DNA of 64,000 nucleotides from Phaeosaccion multiseriatum (taxonomy: Eukaryota; Protista; Ochrophyta, other classes). Shown here piece by piece: positions 46,493-59,233 of the stretch. Within the stretch, counting starts at the first letter, position 1, and each line of letters starts with the position of its first letter. The stretch lies in NCBI GenBank assembly GCA_965112735.1, contig OZ218950.1:1984001-2048000 (forward strand), written 5' to 3'. The notes under the pieces were generated by a model. That model did not search any database. It saw only the letters and a program-made list of their open reading frames with translations, and was not told the DNA's origin. The translations under genes were made by a program, and so were the position numbers.

Positions 46493-47425
46493 ATGGTTCG
46501 GCTCCAGCTCGTGCTTCTTGTTACGGTGGTGGTGAGCGTGCTGCTCGGGCAGACGGGGCAACAAGCTCTGGCGCAAGAGGGTGGAGGAGAACAGGGAGGC
46601 GATGTCCTTCATAACGAGACGGAGGAGATGAGCCAGGATGCGCAGGACGCGGCGCTGGCCAAGGAGGCTGCCCTTCTCCAGGAAGCACAGCTGGCCATCC
46701 AGGCAGAGCAGGAGGCCTTGAAGCAGCAGCGGGAAGCCGAGCGAGTGGCGACAGAGCAGAGGGAGGCGGAGGAGAAGAAGGCGGCCGAGGCCGCTGCTGC
46801 TGCCGCCGCTGCTGCGGCGGCGGAAGCTGCGGAGAGGGAGGCAGCTTCTATCCGTGCCGCCGCAGAGATGGAGGCAGCTGCCGTCCGCGCAGCACAGGAG
46901 AAGAAGGACCAAGAGGAAAAGAAGAAGAAGGAGGAGGAGGTGGAGGTGGAGGAGGTTGGGGATGCAGAGGTGGAGATTGCTGCCCAGGAGCAGGCCACGG
47001 AGCAGGAGCCGGAGCCGAAGGTGGCCCCCCAGGGCAGCAAGGAGGAGTGCCAAATCCTCTGCGACTCGATGGAGTTGCTCGCCGAGCATGCGTGCCGGAA
47101 GGAGGTGGCCTCCCTGCCCCGCCCCAAGCTGGGCCGGGTGTGCAAGGATGCTGTACTCAAGGCCAAGGAGGTGTGCCCAACCTTGTGCATGGAAGTCGCG
47201 TCGGGAGGTGAGAAGGTCTCTGACCTGGACGATCTGGCGGGCGGTCTGAGTCACGAGCACTGCCAGACGTACTCTTCCGCGCGCCCCTACCCGGCGATGT
47301 TCAACTCCTGCAAGGCTGGCTACGAACACGGCTTGCTGCAGGTCATCGCCAGCCTGCAGACTGAAGACGGAAAGCCGAAGGTGGGCGCATCTGGCAAGGT
47401 GAGAGGGGCGGTGAGCACCGCCTAA
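46493..47425 (+). CDS. Secreted protein: signal peptide, Ala/Glu coiled coil and C-terminal Cys-rich domain; intronless
   Basis: Signal MVRLQLVLLVTVVVSVLLG, E/A/K-rich helix, and eight Cys in CQILC...CRKEVASLPRPKLGRVC...CPTLC...CQTYSSARPYPAMFNSCKAGY. Confidence 0.8.
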   Translation: MVRLQLVLLVTVVVSVLLGQTGQQALAQEGGGEQGGDVLHNETEEMSQDAQDAALAKEAALLQEAQLAIQAEQEALKQQREAERVATEQREAEEKKAAEAAAAAAAAAAAEAAEREAASIRAAAEMEAAAVRAAQEKKDQEEKKKKEEEVEVEEVGDAEVEIAAQEQATEQEPEPKVAPQGSKEECQILCDSMELLAEHACRKEVASLPRPKLGRVCKDAVLKAKEVCPTLCMEVASGGEKVSDLDDLAGGLSHEHCQTYSSARPYPAMFNSCKAGYEHGLLQVIASLQTEDGKPKVGASGKVRGAVSTA

Positions 47426-48988
47426 GCCCTCCATCCCGCAGCACGTAGCAGCAGCAGCAGCAGCAGGAGAGCAGCGAGGAAGGCAGCAGCGGTAGCAACC
47501 GGTGGGACCGTCAAAGTCTTTCCGCTGGTGCTTTTGCTGCTGCTACTGCTGGTGCTGCTGCTGCTGCTGTCCTGTCTATTCTCTGCGCGACTCTCTCGAG
47601 TAAGTATACCACAGGAGCAGGGAGGGAGGAGAGAAAGGGGTGGGTGCGATTTATCGATTCAGCCGGGCATAAAGCTGTATCTGTGTTCGCGTTGTGGCTA
47701 CCTGCCGCAGCCGGGCAGGGAGGGGTATTACTCTTTCGGTGCATATATGTGTGTGTGTGTGTTTATGACGTCCCCCCAAAATCTCCGTGCTCTTCTACAA
47801 ATTGGCAATTGCTGAGTGTGCTGGACATCCATCTTACTTTGCCCCCCCCCCCCCGCCGCCAATCCTCCACTTCCCGCAGACGACAGCCTTGGGTGCTGAA
47901 TCGATCAGAGGGGCACTGCAAACCCAACGAAGAGTGGCCGGAGGCGACGACGGCCGATTAGCAGCCTTGGACTATCCATTTGAGCGTCACGGGTATGCCC
48001 AGCAACGGGTGCGGCAAGCGAAGGAACGAGCGGCCACTGGACACACGTTGGAGAGGGGCCCTGGTTGTGATGAGTGCGGGAGCTAATCTTGTGTAGGCAG
48101 GAAGGAAGTACTAGGCCCTGGGATTGATCAGCCAGTCAGTCGGTCAGTCAGTCAGGTCAGTCAGTCACAGCTGACAATTGTCTGGGACAGGGGTGGGCGG
48201 TACGTATCGCCGTCCGACTCCGTATTGTATGTGTGTGTATTATAAATATCCCTTTATCCCTCAATACCACAAATGACAAATGATACATACATGAAGAACC
48301 ATTTTCCATGCTTTGGGAAATCGGCTGTCCGGCACGGGCCTCCCCTGATCGGAGCCATTTGAGTATTGCACTGATTGGATGAGTACAGAAGCGTATCCCA
48401 GCGGTAGAGGTGGGTGGCATTGGTGTGAAGGAGCTGCAGTACCCCACGGTGGCCCTCTCCAGGAGTGTCGATGGCCCGAGACCTCCACTCTCCGATACCT
48501 TCATCTTCCAGCAAGGCTCTTGGTGCGAGGAGGACTGGGCAGCAGGTGTAATCCACCACGGGAAGATCGTTGCCAGCTGAAGCTGCCGCGAAAGCGAGCG
48601 CTTCCTTCCTCGGGTATACCATCTCGAGATTCCCTCTACACCCAGGGTATCCTGCATATTATACCCACTAAGGCGTTATACGCACAAAGGCGCCTCGCTC
48701 CCATCCCTGGCCCCCCTCAGCACCGTTACTTATCTTGCTAACACGCTGCGCTTCCCTCCCTCCCTTACTTGTCGCCCTCACTCACTCTCCCCGCCTCTGT
48801 CGCGCCATGTGCTGCCGAACCTTGTAGACGCGAAGCACGGTACTCTAAAGAGTAGATAGGGCAGTTGTGTTGTATGCTCGCTTCGCTGCTCTGGCAAGGT
48901 ACAGTCGAGAGAGGGGCACCTTCCTCCCTTCACAACTGCCTGCCCCTCTCTTTTTAGTACTTTCAGGTTCGTGGACGGGTATATATAT

Positions 48989-49148
48989 TGGAGGAGGGTG
49001 GTCGTGGACCGAATGGCTCGCTCCCGCCGAGGCCGTTCACCTTCTCTTTGCTCATAGCTCTCCTTTACGCACAAGGGAGCTATGAGCAAATAGAAGGTGA
49101 CAGACCTCGGTGGAAGCGAGCCGTTCGGTCCACGACCACCCTCCTCCA
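48989..49148. other. 160-nt inverted repeat / foldback with ~76-bp arms (pre-miRNA-like or MITE-like)
   Basis: The left arm tggaggagggtggtcgtggaccgaatggctcgctcccgccgagg...ctcatagctc matches the reverse complement of 49073-49148 with about 7 substitutions and a 1-nt bulge; the loop is about 7 nt. Confidence 0.9.
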
Positions 49149-49327
49149 CCCGTGCGAGTCCAGTCGAGGGGTGAGCGCGTACGCTGAGAGAGACGTGCAG
49201 CTTCACAGCCGCCGCCTCGGCCAGCGACATGCGAGAGGGAGAAGTACTGGTGTCCCTATTCACAGATTCAAATAGATGACCACCAAGCAAGGGGCCCCCT
49301 CCTTCTCATAGACCACTTCCTCGGGGC

Positions 49328-49373
49328 TCAGTCGTTGAGAGTGCCGTAGCGGTGTCGTACCCCCCTGTGCCAC

Positions 49374-49406
<33 letters not shown>

Positions 49407-51038
49407 CCTCCTCCTGCGCCCCCTTCCCTCGACAACAAGGGAGTCAATAGACTGCCCTCCCCTGGAGAAACCACCACCTCCTCCTCCTCCTCCTCCTCCT
49501 CCTCCTCCTCCTCCTCGCCCTCCCCCCCCCCCTCCTCCTCTTCCTCCTGCCTCCCAGCCGCGTTGGCGCTGCTGGACGTGTACTCTTCTCCTCCATTCAA
49601 GGTGCCCTTGCTCGATGCGGCCTGTGCCCGGTACGGCTCAGGTACGACTCGCGAGGGAGCCGTCAATGCTGGTTGTGCATAGCAGTCTTCCCGGAAGGCG
49701 GTGCTGGGGTTAAGTGCCCACGTCTGCTGTGTGTGCGCATGTGGGGACGGATGGGCAGGGTAGTGAAGGAGGAGGCACTGTGGCAGTCAGAGGGAGAGAG
49801 GGAGTGACGAGAAGTCAAGTGAAGGATGAGTTGAGTGGGAGAGGGATACATACTATGCGATCAGCCCCAAGACTGGTCCAGCCAACTCACTCACTCACTC
49901 ACTCACTCACTCACTCACTCACCCACTCACTCACTCACCCACTCACTCACCCACTCACTCACTCACTTTCTCACTCACTCACTCACTCACCTCAGAATCG
50001 CTGTCCTCCCGGAAGCCGTCGGCAGCAGTCGCGTCCAAGTTGGCGCGTTGGTGTTTCAGCGCAGCGTCGTTCTTATCATCTTGTTGCCGAGCTCGCTCCA
50101 GCGACAGACAGCGAGTGGCCTTGTCGTACTTGTACTTGCTGAAAGGATGAAAGGAAGAGTGAGGGGTGTGGGTGAGGGTGGTGGCGAGGTTGAGGGTGAG
50201 GGTGAGGGTGAGGGAGGGGGTGAGGCTGAGGATGAGGTTGAGGGTGAGGGTGGTCACACTTCACACCACTGGGGTGGGTATTCTTCATTGACTCGTCATA
50301 GATTGTTGCACAAAGCATCACATATCACATTACTCGGGCAGAGTAAAGCAGAGTAGAGCAGAGGAGAGGATGGCAGAGTAGAGGAGAGCAGAGCGAAGAG
50401 TAGAGCAGAGTAGAGCAGAGTAGAGTAGAGCAGAGTTAAGAGTAGAGCAGAGTAGAGGAGAGGCGAGTAGAGGACAGCAGAGGAGAGCAGAGGAGAGCAG
50501 AGGAGAGGAGAGGGGAGCAGAGAAGAGTGTGGGTGCTGTGATGCTCACACGGACCAACGTGCTTGCTTCTTATCCCCAGTTCAAAGCATCCCAACACAAA
50601 TGGAGAACCTGACATCCCCTCTGACGTAACTCTGACGGTTTCGTCTCAATGAAACAAAACCTTCTCTACTCACCTTTTGTTGTAGAACCAAAGCACCACC
50701 AGGGGTAGAGGAATCATCACAGGGCTCTGACGGAAGCCCCCCCTGAGGCTCACGTAGCCTGGGCAGAGAAGAGAGAGGGGCAGAGAAGAGAGAGGGGCAG
50801 AGGGGAGGGGGGAGAGAGGGAAGAAGGGTGAGGGGGGAGAGGGAGAGGGGCAGAGAGCAGAGGGGAGGGGGAGAGAGAGAGAGAGAGAGAGAGGCAGAGA
50901 GCAGAGGGGAGGGGGAGAGAGAGAGAGAGGGAGAGGGGCAGAGAGCAGAGGGGAGGGGGAGAGAGAGAGAGAGCCGGAGCGGGGAGAGAGAGAGAGAGGG
51001 AGAGGGGCAGAGAGCAGAGGGGAGCGGGGAGACAGGGA

Positions 51039-51087
<49 letters not shown>

Positions 51088-51628
51088 AAGGGGAGAGGGA
51101 GAGGGGCAGAGAGCAGAGGAGAGAGTGTAGAGGGTTGAGAGAGGAAGGAGGTCAAAAGATAACAGCCGAGGGAAGAGGATGGGACTCCCGGAGATGCAAG
51201 GGGCAGCGACAAAAACAAAAGAGAAAAGAAGAGAAAATAAACAGCAGGCGCACACAGAGAAGAGGCTAGCGGGGTGGAAAGGTGGAGAGAGACCGACAGA
51301 GAGAGGGAGAAAGTGATAGACAGGAAGAGAGATAGAGAGATAGAGTGAGAGAGAGAGAGAGAAAGAGAGAGAGAGATAGAGTGAGAGAGAGAGATAGAAA
51401 GAGAGAGAGAGAGTGAGAGAGAGTGAGAGAGATAGAGAGAGAGATAGAGAGAAAGAAAGACAGTAAGAGGGAGCGAGACTCACTCATCATCACAGAGCCC
51501 CTCTTCTCGTGTTATCGTCCTTTGTCTCTCTCCACCCCTCTCCCTCTCCCTCTCTCTCTCCTCCTCTCTCCCTCTCTCTCCCTCTCTCTCCCTCTCCCTC
51601 TCCCTCTGTCCCCTCCTCCCTCTCTCTC

Positions 51629-51661
<33 letters not shown>

Positions 51662-52835
51662 CTGCAACTGTGACTTGTGCGAGCACGAGGCCCACCAACA
51701 CGCAGTTGAACACAGGGTAGAACAGTACCCCGCCAGACTCGTAGTCCGGCATATACACATAGAGCACCTGGGGAAGGGAGGGGAGGAGAGGAGAGGGGAG
51801 GGGAGGGGAGGGGAGGGGAGGGGAGGGGAGGGGAGGGGAGGGGAGGGGAGAGAGGGGATGGGATGGGAGGGGATGAGAGGGGAAGGGAGGGGAGGGGAGG
51901 GGGGAGGAGGGGAGGGGAGGGGAGGGGAGGGGAGGGGAGGGGAGGGGAGGGGAGGGGAGGGGAGAGGAGGAGAGGGGAGGGGAGGGGAGGGATGGGAGAG
52001 GAGAGGAAGGGGTAGGGTAGGGTAAGGGAGGAGAGAGGAGAGAAGGGGTGAAAGTGAGGAAGAGAAACGCTGGAGGAGAGCAGCGGGCTAGCGCTCCAGC
52101 AGAGTCGAGAGGGCGCATCCGCAAAACAACCTCATAGACAGAAGAGGGGGTTGTGACAGGTTTCCGATACGTTACGTTACGCTACGTTACGGTTCTGTCA
52201 AAGGCTGACCTGGAACTTGTAAACGAGGAGAGCGAACGCGAAGTAGGCCGCTCCCACGGGCAACATGAAGGGGCTGATGACGGCGTAGAGCAGGCATACG
52301 ACGAGCACGAGCAGCAGCGTGGGGTACGTCCAGCCATACATGAGATGGGGAGGGGCTAATGCTCCCTGTTCAAGAGGAGGAGGAGGAGGAGGAGGAGGAG
52401 GAGGAGGAGGAGGAGGAGGAGGAGGAGGAGGAGGGGGAGGGGGGCGGAGGTGGTGGTGGGGACAGGGACAACAGTGAGGGGGGGTATAGAGCTGTTGAGT
52501 GGCGGGCTGTGATGACCCCACGGGGGGGGGGGGGGGGGTAGAATGAGGTCTGTGAATGGGATACAATGCTTAGGGCAGGGGAAAGAGGAAGCACACACAC
52601 ACCCCTCTAGAGTACTTACCCTTGCTGAAGTACCTCTGCGCTGCCTCTGCGCCTTCCTTGCCTTACTGGCGCACTTTTGACTCCACATGACTCGCAAGAG
52701 AGGCACCACACGAGAGAGCTCCATGGGGAGGCCTGCCAACGTTTGGACCAGCACGAGATTGACAAAGTACCTGCAAGAGTTTGTCACACACCATGTGTGT
52801 ATGTATGTATGTATGTATGTGTGTATGTATGTATA

Positions 52836-52866
<31 letters not shown>

Positions 52867-53088
52867 GTGTGTATGTACGTACGTGTATGTATGTATGTAT
52901 GTATGTATGTATGTATGTGTGCATGTATGTGTATGTATGTATGTATGTATGTACGTATGTAGGTACGTATGTGTGTATGTATGTATATACAGACATGCAG
53001 AGCAGGACAGGGGTAGTAGCAGGACGGGGCAGTAATGAGCGAAAAAGACAGATAGAGACATGAGGGTAGATAGATTGATGGATAGACA

Positions 53089-53169
<81 letters not shown>

Positions 53170-54472
53170 CTAGTGGGTGAAGGAAAGGTCCTTGAGCACA
53201 CCCTCTCCACGCCCCCTCTGCGCGGCGGCACGGAGTCTGAGGACGCATGCACACACACACACACACTCACACACACGCACACACACGCACACACGCACGC
53301 ACACACACACGCAGACACGCACGCACACACGCACGAACGCACGCACTACGTACTCACACTGCGACGGAGGGAAAACTCTTGCCTAAGATTCTGAATATTT
53401 CCGACGGCTGCTCCACGATATCCTGCAGTCGCCCGCGGGAGGAGAAGGAGGAGAAAGGGGGAGGAGGAGGAGGAGGAGGAGGAAGAGGAGGAGGAGGAGG
53501 AGGAGGAGGAGGAGGAGGAGGAGGAGGAGGAGGAGGAGGAGGAGGAGGAAGAGGAGGAGGAGGAGGAGGAGGAGGAAGGGGGGAGAAGGAGGAGGAGGAG
53601 GAAGAGGAGGAGGAGGAGGAGGAGGAGGAGGAGGAGGAGGAGGAGGTGGGGTCTCATCAACCAACTGCTCTACTCTATGGATGTAGCGGTGTGCGCCTCT
53701 ACCCAGGCTCTCTCGCACACAGGGCTCTCTTGCTATACGCACGCACACACACACACGCACACACTCACACACACACTCACATACACACGCACAAACACGC
53801 ACACACACATACACACACACACACATACACACACACACATACACACACACACATACACACACCTGCAGCGCCTCGAAGACGGAGCCTGCGGTAACGGTAA
53901 TGTATATATTGGCCATCTGGTAGTAGAAGAAGCGCGTCAAGACCTCTGCTTGCACCTCGGGGGCCGTCTTGCAGCCCTCGTACGTCTGAGCCACGAACTG
54001 AACAGGAAGGGAAAGTGCGGCAGTTGGTGATACAGTAGATTTAAATGACATCATAGCAGGTGGGAGGGAGGAGAGGGGAGGGGAGGGGAGGGGAGGGGAG
54101 GGGAGGGGAGGGGAGGGGAGGGGAGGGGAGGGGAGGGGAGGGGAGCAGGATCAGTACACCTCCCTGGCCCTCCTCAGAGGTCCTTCCGGACAGGTCCATA
54201 AATGGCGACGACCGACTTTACACTACCTGAATGAAGTACGGCAACACCTGCATGAGGCCCAGCAAGGCCAGCACAGGGAGGTAGCCGGACAAGAGCGAGT
54301 ACCAGAGACTGTTGGGGTCGAGGCGAGTGAGGAAGGGCAGCACCTTGCTCAACTCATCGATACTTGCAGCGGCTTGAATGAAAGCCACGGGGATGGTCCA
54401 GAAGATTGCTCCCAGAGAGAGGAGGAGGGTGGTCACAGACGCCCGCAGACGAATTTGACCCTGCAGTCATTA

Positions 54473-54513
<41 letters not shown>

Positions 54514-57500
54514 CAAGAGAGAGGGGAGGTGAGGGTTGCGAGAGCGGAAGGGGAAGTAGTTCGACACTCAGTTAGGGCACGTACGCGGGACAGAAGAGAA
54601 AGAGAGTAAGAGTCATTTGGCGATTCTGCATCAGATCCGGTGTGGTGGGCCACGCGCATGTTCTCTTCCTCCTCGCCAACCCTCCCCTCCTCTCTCTTGC
54701 TCTCCCCGCCCGTCTCCTCCTTTCCTCTGCTCTCTCCGCCCCTCTCCTCAGCTACCCTCCCCCTCCCCCTCCCTAGCTTCCCCTCCTGACTCCCCTCTCC
54801 CTCTCCCTTCCCCTCCTCTCACCAACGGAATGGAGACATTTCTCCATAGGACCGCACTCTCATCCGGCGCTGAGGAGCACACGAGCTTGTCGGGCTGACT
54901 CGTCAACAACATTTGAGATGCAGAGGCCCGGGCGGACAGCGAGGTGAAACTCACAAAGCCCGTCCCGCTCATGCGCTGCCCCAGCGTCAGATAGAGCATG
55001 CTCTGTGTAGCGCTCCGCGCACCCTTGAAAAAGGCGTCTGCTCCGACATAGGACAGTGCCGTGCGTACCCCTGCTGCTGCTCCTCCTTCTTCTTCTGCTC
55101 CTCCTCCTCCTCCTCCTCTTTCTCCTCCTCCTCCTCCTCCTCCTCCTCCTCCTCCCACCCCCCCCTCCTCCTTCTCCTCCTCCTAGTCCATGCCGCAAGC
55201 CTCCCTCCTCTATGTGGTCCTCCTCCCAGTCCGAGCCCATCGCTGCCATGTCTGCTGCACCATCTCCTGCTACTGTATCACCAACTGCTGCTGCTGTACC
55301 ACCAGCTGCTGTATCGCGAACTGCTGAGGTATTTCGGCCGTTCCAACGCTCGGGGTAGAGTCCACTGTCGGGCTTTGACTTTGGCTGTGGCCCGTTGCCT
55401 CCCTCCACCGGAGCGATCTGCCCAAAGTTGATTTTGGCCAGCAACACATCGGCTGTGGTGGCCACGGAGCGACGCAGCCTGACAGAGCAAGAAAGAAGAA
55501 ACGGCCCGCCGCAAGGCAAAGACAAAGACAGAACAGAAAGAGAGAAACACGACGAAACGAGAAGGAACAAGTGTCAGGAGTGGGAATAGAAAGGACAAGA
55601 GGGAACGACTTGACTTGCGGTGTCTTATCTCCCTCAAGACGTCCGTTCTTGCTGATTATTGGGTACGCGCACGTATGCTTACGTACGTGGCGAAGAGCTC
55701 GTCGTCCAGCCTGTCGAGCTTGAGAGCCGCCTGCTTGCACGCCGCTTGCTCCTGCTCCACCTGTGTGTTTAGTTCCGCCAGTTGTTTCTCCAGAGAGGCG
55801 ATCTTATCTACTGGGGCAAGGAGATAGAGAGAGAGAGCGCGCCAGAGAGAGGGAGAGAGAGGAGGAGAGAACGAGAAAGAGACGGATAGAAAGACAGATA
55901 CATATATAGACACATAGATATTTAGACAGATAGACAGATAGATAGAGAGATAGAGAAAGAGAGAGGGAGAGAGCTAAGTGAGGGAGAGGAACACTCGAGT
56001 AAATGAGAGATGGATAGGCGAAGTGGCGACGAAAAGAGCCCACGCCATCATGCGCCCTCGACAACGTCCATGTTGAAAGGAGGACTCAAGCAAGAAAAGC
56101 AACAACAGGGGGAGATCAACGTTACACAGATGGATGGATGGATGGATGGATGGATGGATGGAGATCCAATTGGTGTGCTGAACAGAAGGCTCAAAAATCC
56201 TTTCTTCTGTGCCCCTGACCACCACCCCACCCCCCCCTCCCCCTCCACGGTGCTTCAAGTGCTCCCTCCTACACGCACCTTTGCCGGTGCCGCCGCATCC
56301 CAGGCAGTCGAATCTGCAGAGGAGGTCTCTATGTCTGTGGGACCGTCGCTTGGCTCGCGGAGAGGAACCCGCCAGCGCCGCTGCCGACCCCAGCTCCAGC
56401 CCCTGCCCTTGCCCCTGTCCCTGTCCTTGTCGATGTCCTCGGCCCACCTCCAGGTCAATTGCCTTCTCCAGCTTCCTCAGCACGCTCTCCCTCTTGGCAA
56501 CGAGCCCCTCCAAGGAGGTGAGATCAAGGCACACGCAGGCAGAGTGTACCTCACCGGGGAACAGGGATTCAAAGTAGGACCGGAGGGCGACGTTGCTGCC
56601 AGTTGGGGGAGTGGGGATGGGGGGTGTGGATGGGGTGGGGGAGTGAGGGGAGGGAGGGAGGAGAGTGCATGAGAGTGAGGCTGGGGCTGGGGGGATGAGC
56701 AGGCACACACACACACACAAACGCACACGCGCACACACACGCACACACACTCGCACATACACTCGCACGCACGCACACACGCACGCGCACACACACACAT
56801 ACACACACCTCGTGAGCTCCTTGGGCAGTCTCTGCACCATGATAGAGTATCGAGCCTGAGGTCTGAAGAAGTCTGCGTCCCCCTCACTCAGGAAGTCCTC
56901 TCGGACCTGAGCGAAGATTTTCTGCTCCTTGTCGAGGAGATAGAGTGCGTGCAGAGTGAAGAGGTAGGCGAACACCACTGCGGCCCACAGGAGGTCGCTA
57001 CCCTGCCGTACGTTGGCGAGAGTGATACGGTAAAAGCCAGACAGTCCTGCGGGCCACAGATCAGCAGACGGGAGTGGGCACACAACAAAGACAACACGCA
57101 CACGGGCGTGATTTAAGAATTCAAGGTACTCAGTGGGCGGCCTCTCTCGGCCTACCTTCCTTCGCCCTATCTCTTCTACCCTCCCCCTCTCTCTACCTTC
57201 GCCACCTCCACAGTTGCTTGCCCCTCCCTCTCTCTTCTATCTTCCTTCTACAGTCCCTTCTGTGGGGTTGAGGAGGTAGACGCTACCTGCGTGGCCGGTG
57301 CTGTACAGGGGAGCGAGCACGAGGAGTCCGAAGAAAGAGCCGAAGAGACAGATCCGGAGACACAGCTTGCAGAAACGCAGAAGGACGTAGGCGTCTACGC
57401 CTGCGAGCCAAAGAATATACAGAGGGTTGGGAGAGAAGCACGAGCCGTGAGATATCATAGACTGTGGAGGGAAACTGATCTTGTGATCTTGTACCGAGGG

Positions 57501-58103
57501 TGGCGGATCGTGCATGAGGGCATGTGATAAGTGTGTGTGGGGGGGTGGTGTCGAAGTCCCGCTCACTCCGCCCAGTTGGTTGATGCTGGGGACTTTCATC
57601 AACACCCGACGGACTCGTTAGGCCCCAGCCATGCAGCTGGAAACCGACAAGATGATCAAAGCTCGGACCCGAAAAAAGCAATGCTGGGACAACATAAGAC
57701 GCGGAACACACCTGCCATCCGCCTGACATCACGACCCGACAAGCGCATCACACTCACTGCCCAGCCGAGGGGCCACCGAGGTGGTAGGTCCGGACATCTG
57801 TGGCGGAGTTTGTTGTACCGCTGCGATGGCGACAACGATCCAGAAGGGGTGCAAACACGAGTACAAGTGTGGCCAGCGAGGGCTCAGTCAAGGAGCACGG
57901 AAGAGCACCTTTTCGCCCCATAGACTTACCTGTGCGTATACGGACTTCTTCTTCCTTTTGATCTCGAAAAGTGTGATCATTCCCACGGCGAGGAGCAGGT
58001 TGAGCGCCAGGGTGGAGTAGATCTCTCCGAGTCCTTGCGAGCTGATGTCGTCCGGCCGGACATCCGGCGTGCCGTCCAGCATTTTCAAGTCGCCTGCTCC
58101 CAT
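49328..58103 (-). CDS. OSCA/TMEM63 (CSC1/ERD4-like) mechanosensitive channel, about 16 exons
   Basis: GVDAYVLLRFCKLCL, RITLANV, YSIMVQRLPKEL, YFESLFPGEV, TGFVSFTS, APDESAVLWRNV, FWTIPVAFIQ, YAVISPFMLP, YKFQVLYVYMPDYESGG and YAQPAL occur in the expected order. Confidence 0.93.
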
Positions 58104-58393
58104 TCTGACCGCTCCTCCCGCTTCACTACTCTCCCACCCCCTCCCACCCCACACCCTACTCTCCTCTTCCTCCTTTTCTTCGCGGGGGAAGCAAGACCCG
58201 CAGAAGCTGTTTGCAGAAGCAAGGGAAAGTTCACATGGTGGTAATTCTAGATCACAGATGGGCGAACGGTTAGGAGATTGGCACTTAAGGGTGTAATATA
58301 TCATAGATTCCCTCTCGCGAATCTATAGGGCCCTTCTTTACACGGCATCATTGCAAAGAACCTAAAGCAGAGAGGCAAACCAAAGCAAGCACA

Positions 58394-58928
58394 ATGAAGG
58401 CTTCGGGTGCAGGAGGACAAGGATACCTCATTGTCTGGCTGTTAGTGATCCTCGCCGGTGCTCGAGGGGGGGGGGGGCTGGAAGGTCGGCGGCGGCATCT
58501 GTACGCAGAGAGAGGCGTACATCAGTGCATCCAGCACCAGCAGGTGAGGGAGCTTACAAGAAGAAAAGGGCCTCATTTGCTTTCAATACCTACAAACTAA
58601 GTGGACCTTGTTTTTGTCTTCGCCCCTCTTGTTTGCTAGAATGGAGAGGGGCTGGCCCTCCAGGAGGGTTGTTGGCTGGGGCTGCAGCAAGCCAATGAGG
58701 CCAACTTCGCTACAGAGGACGCCTACGAGCCCACTAACAGCACGGCCCACAGACACCGTGAGTGAGAGTGGTAACGGTGTACCCTCTCTCTCGGTCTCCT
58801 TTCTCACACACACTCTCTCCCTCCCTCCCTCCCCCCTTCCTCCACATACAGCCTGGCTTGCGACCATTCTCTCCCTCGCGCTGCTCTTTGGTATCATCAT
58901 AGCGATCATCATGTATTACGGCAACTAA
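58394..58928 (+). CDS. Small (~114 aa) signal-peptide protein with a C-terminal hydrophobic anchor (exons 58394-58543, 58640-58757, 58852-58928)
   Basis: Three phase-consistent exons: MKASGAGGQGYLIVWLLVILAGARG...HQCIQHQQ|NGEGLALQEGCWLG...EPTNSTAHRH|PWLATILSLALLFGIIIAIIMYYGN*. Confidence 0.65.
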
Positions 58929-59233
58929 GGCGAGAGGAAACGGCATTGAGAGGGAGAGAGAGGAGAGGCCTTTGGTTTGCAATCAGCACATAGAACTCTT
59001 ATTAACATACGGAGCTGCAGAGAGACACACATACAGGAAGACGAACATCAGAGAAGCAAACGTTGGGGAGCATAGGCCAAGCATTCGACACCTTCCTTGG
59101 CTTACTGCCTCGGCCGCTACTTGGCGCCACGGCCACCTTCGCGAGTATCCACGGCTGTGCATCTGGCACCGCTGCTACTACCGCTACTGTTGTTGTTGTT
59201 GTTGGTCCTGCGCCTACGAGCTACAACCGCCCA

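Noticed and set aside
47780-48800. Possible pseudogene exons
   Set aside because: Stops in all frames and no recognisable homology.
50330-54150. ORFs made of SLSL, PSPPL, YIHT, VCLS or poly-E/G/R
   Set aside because: These are translations of intronic microsatellites within the OSCA gene.
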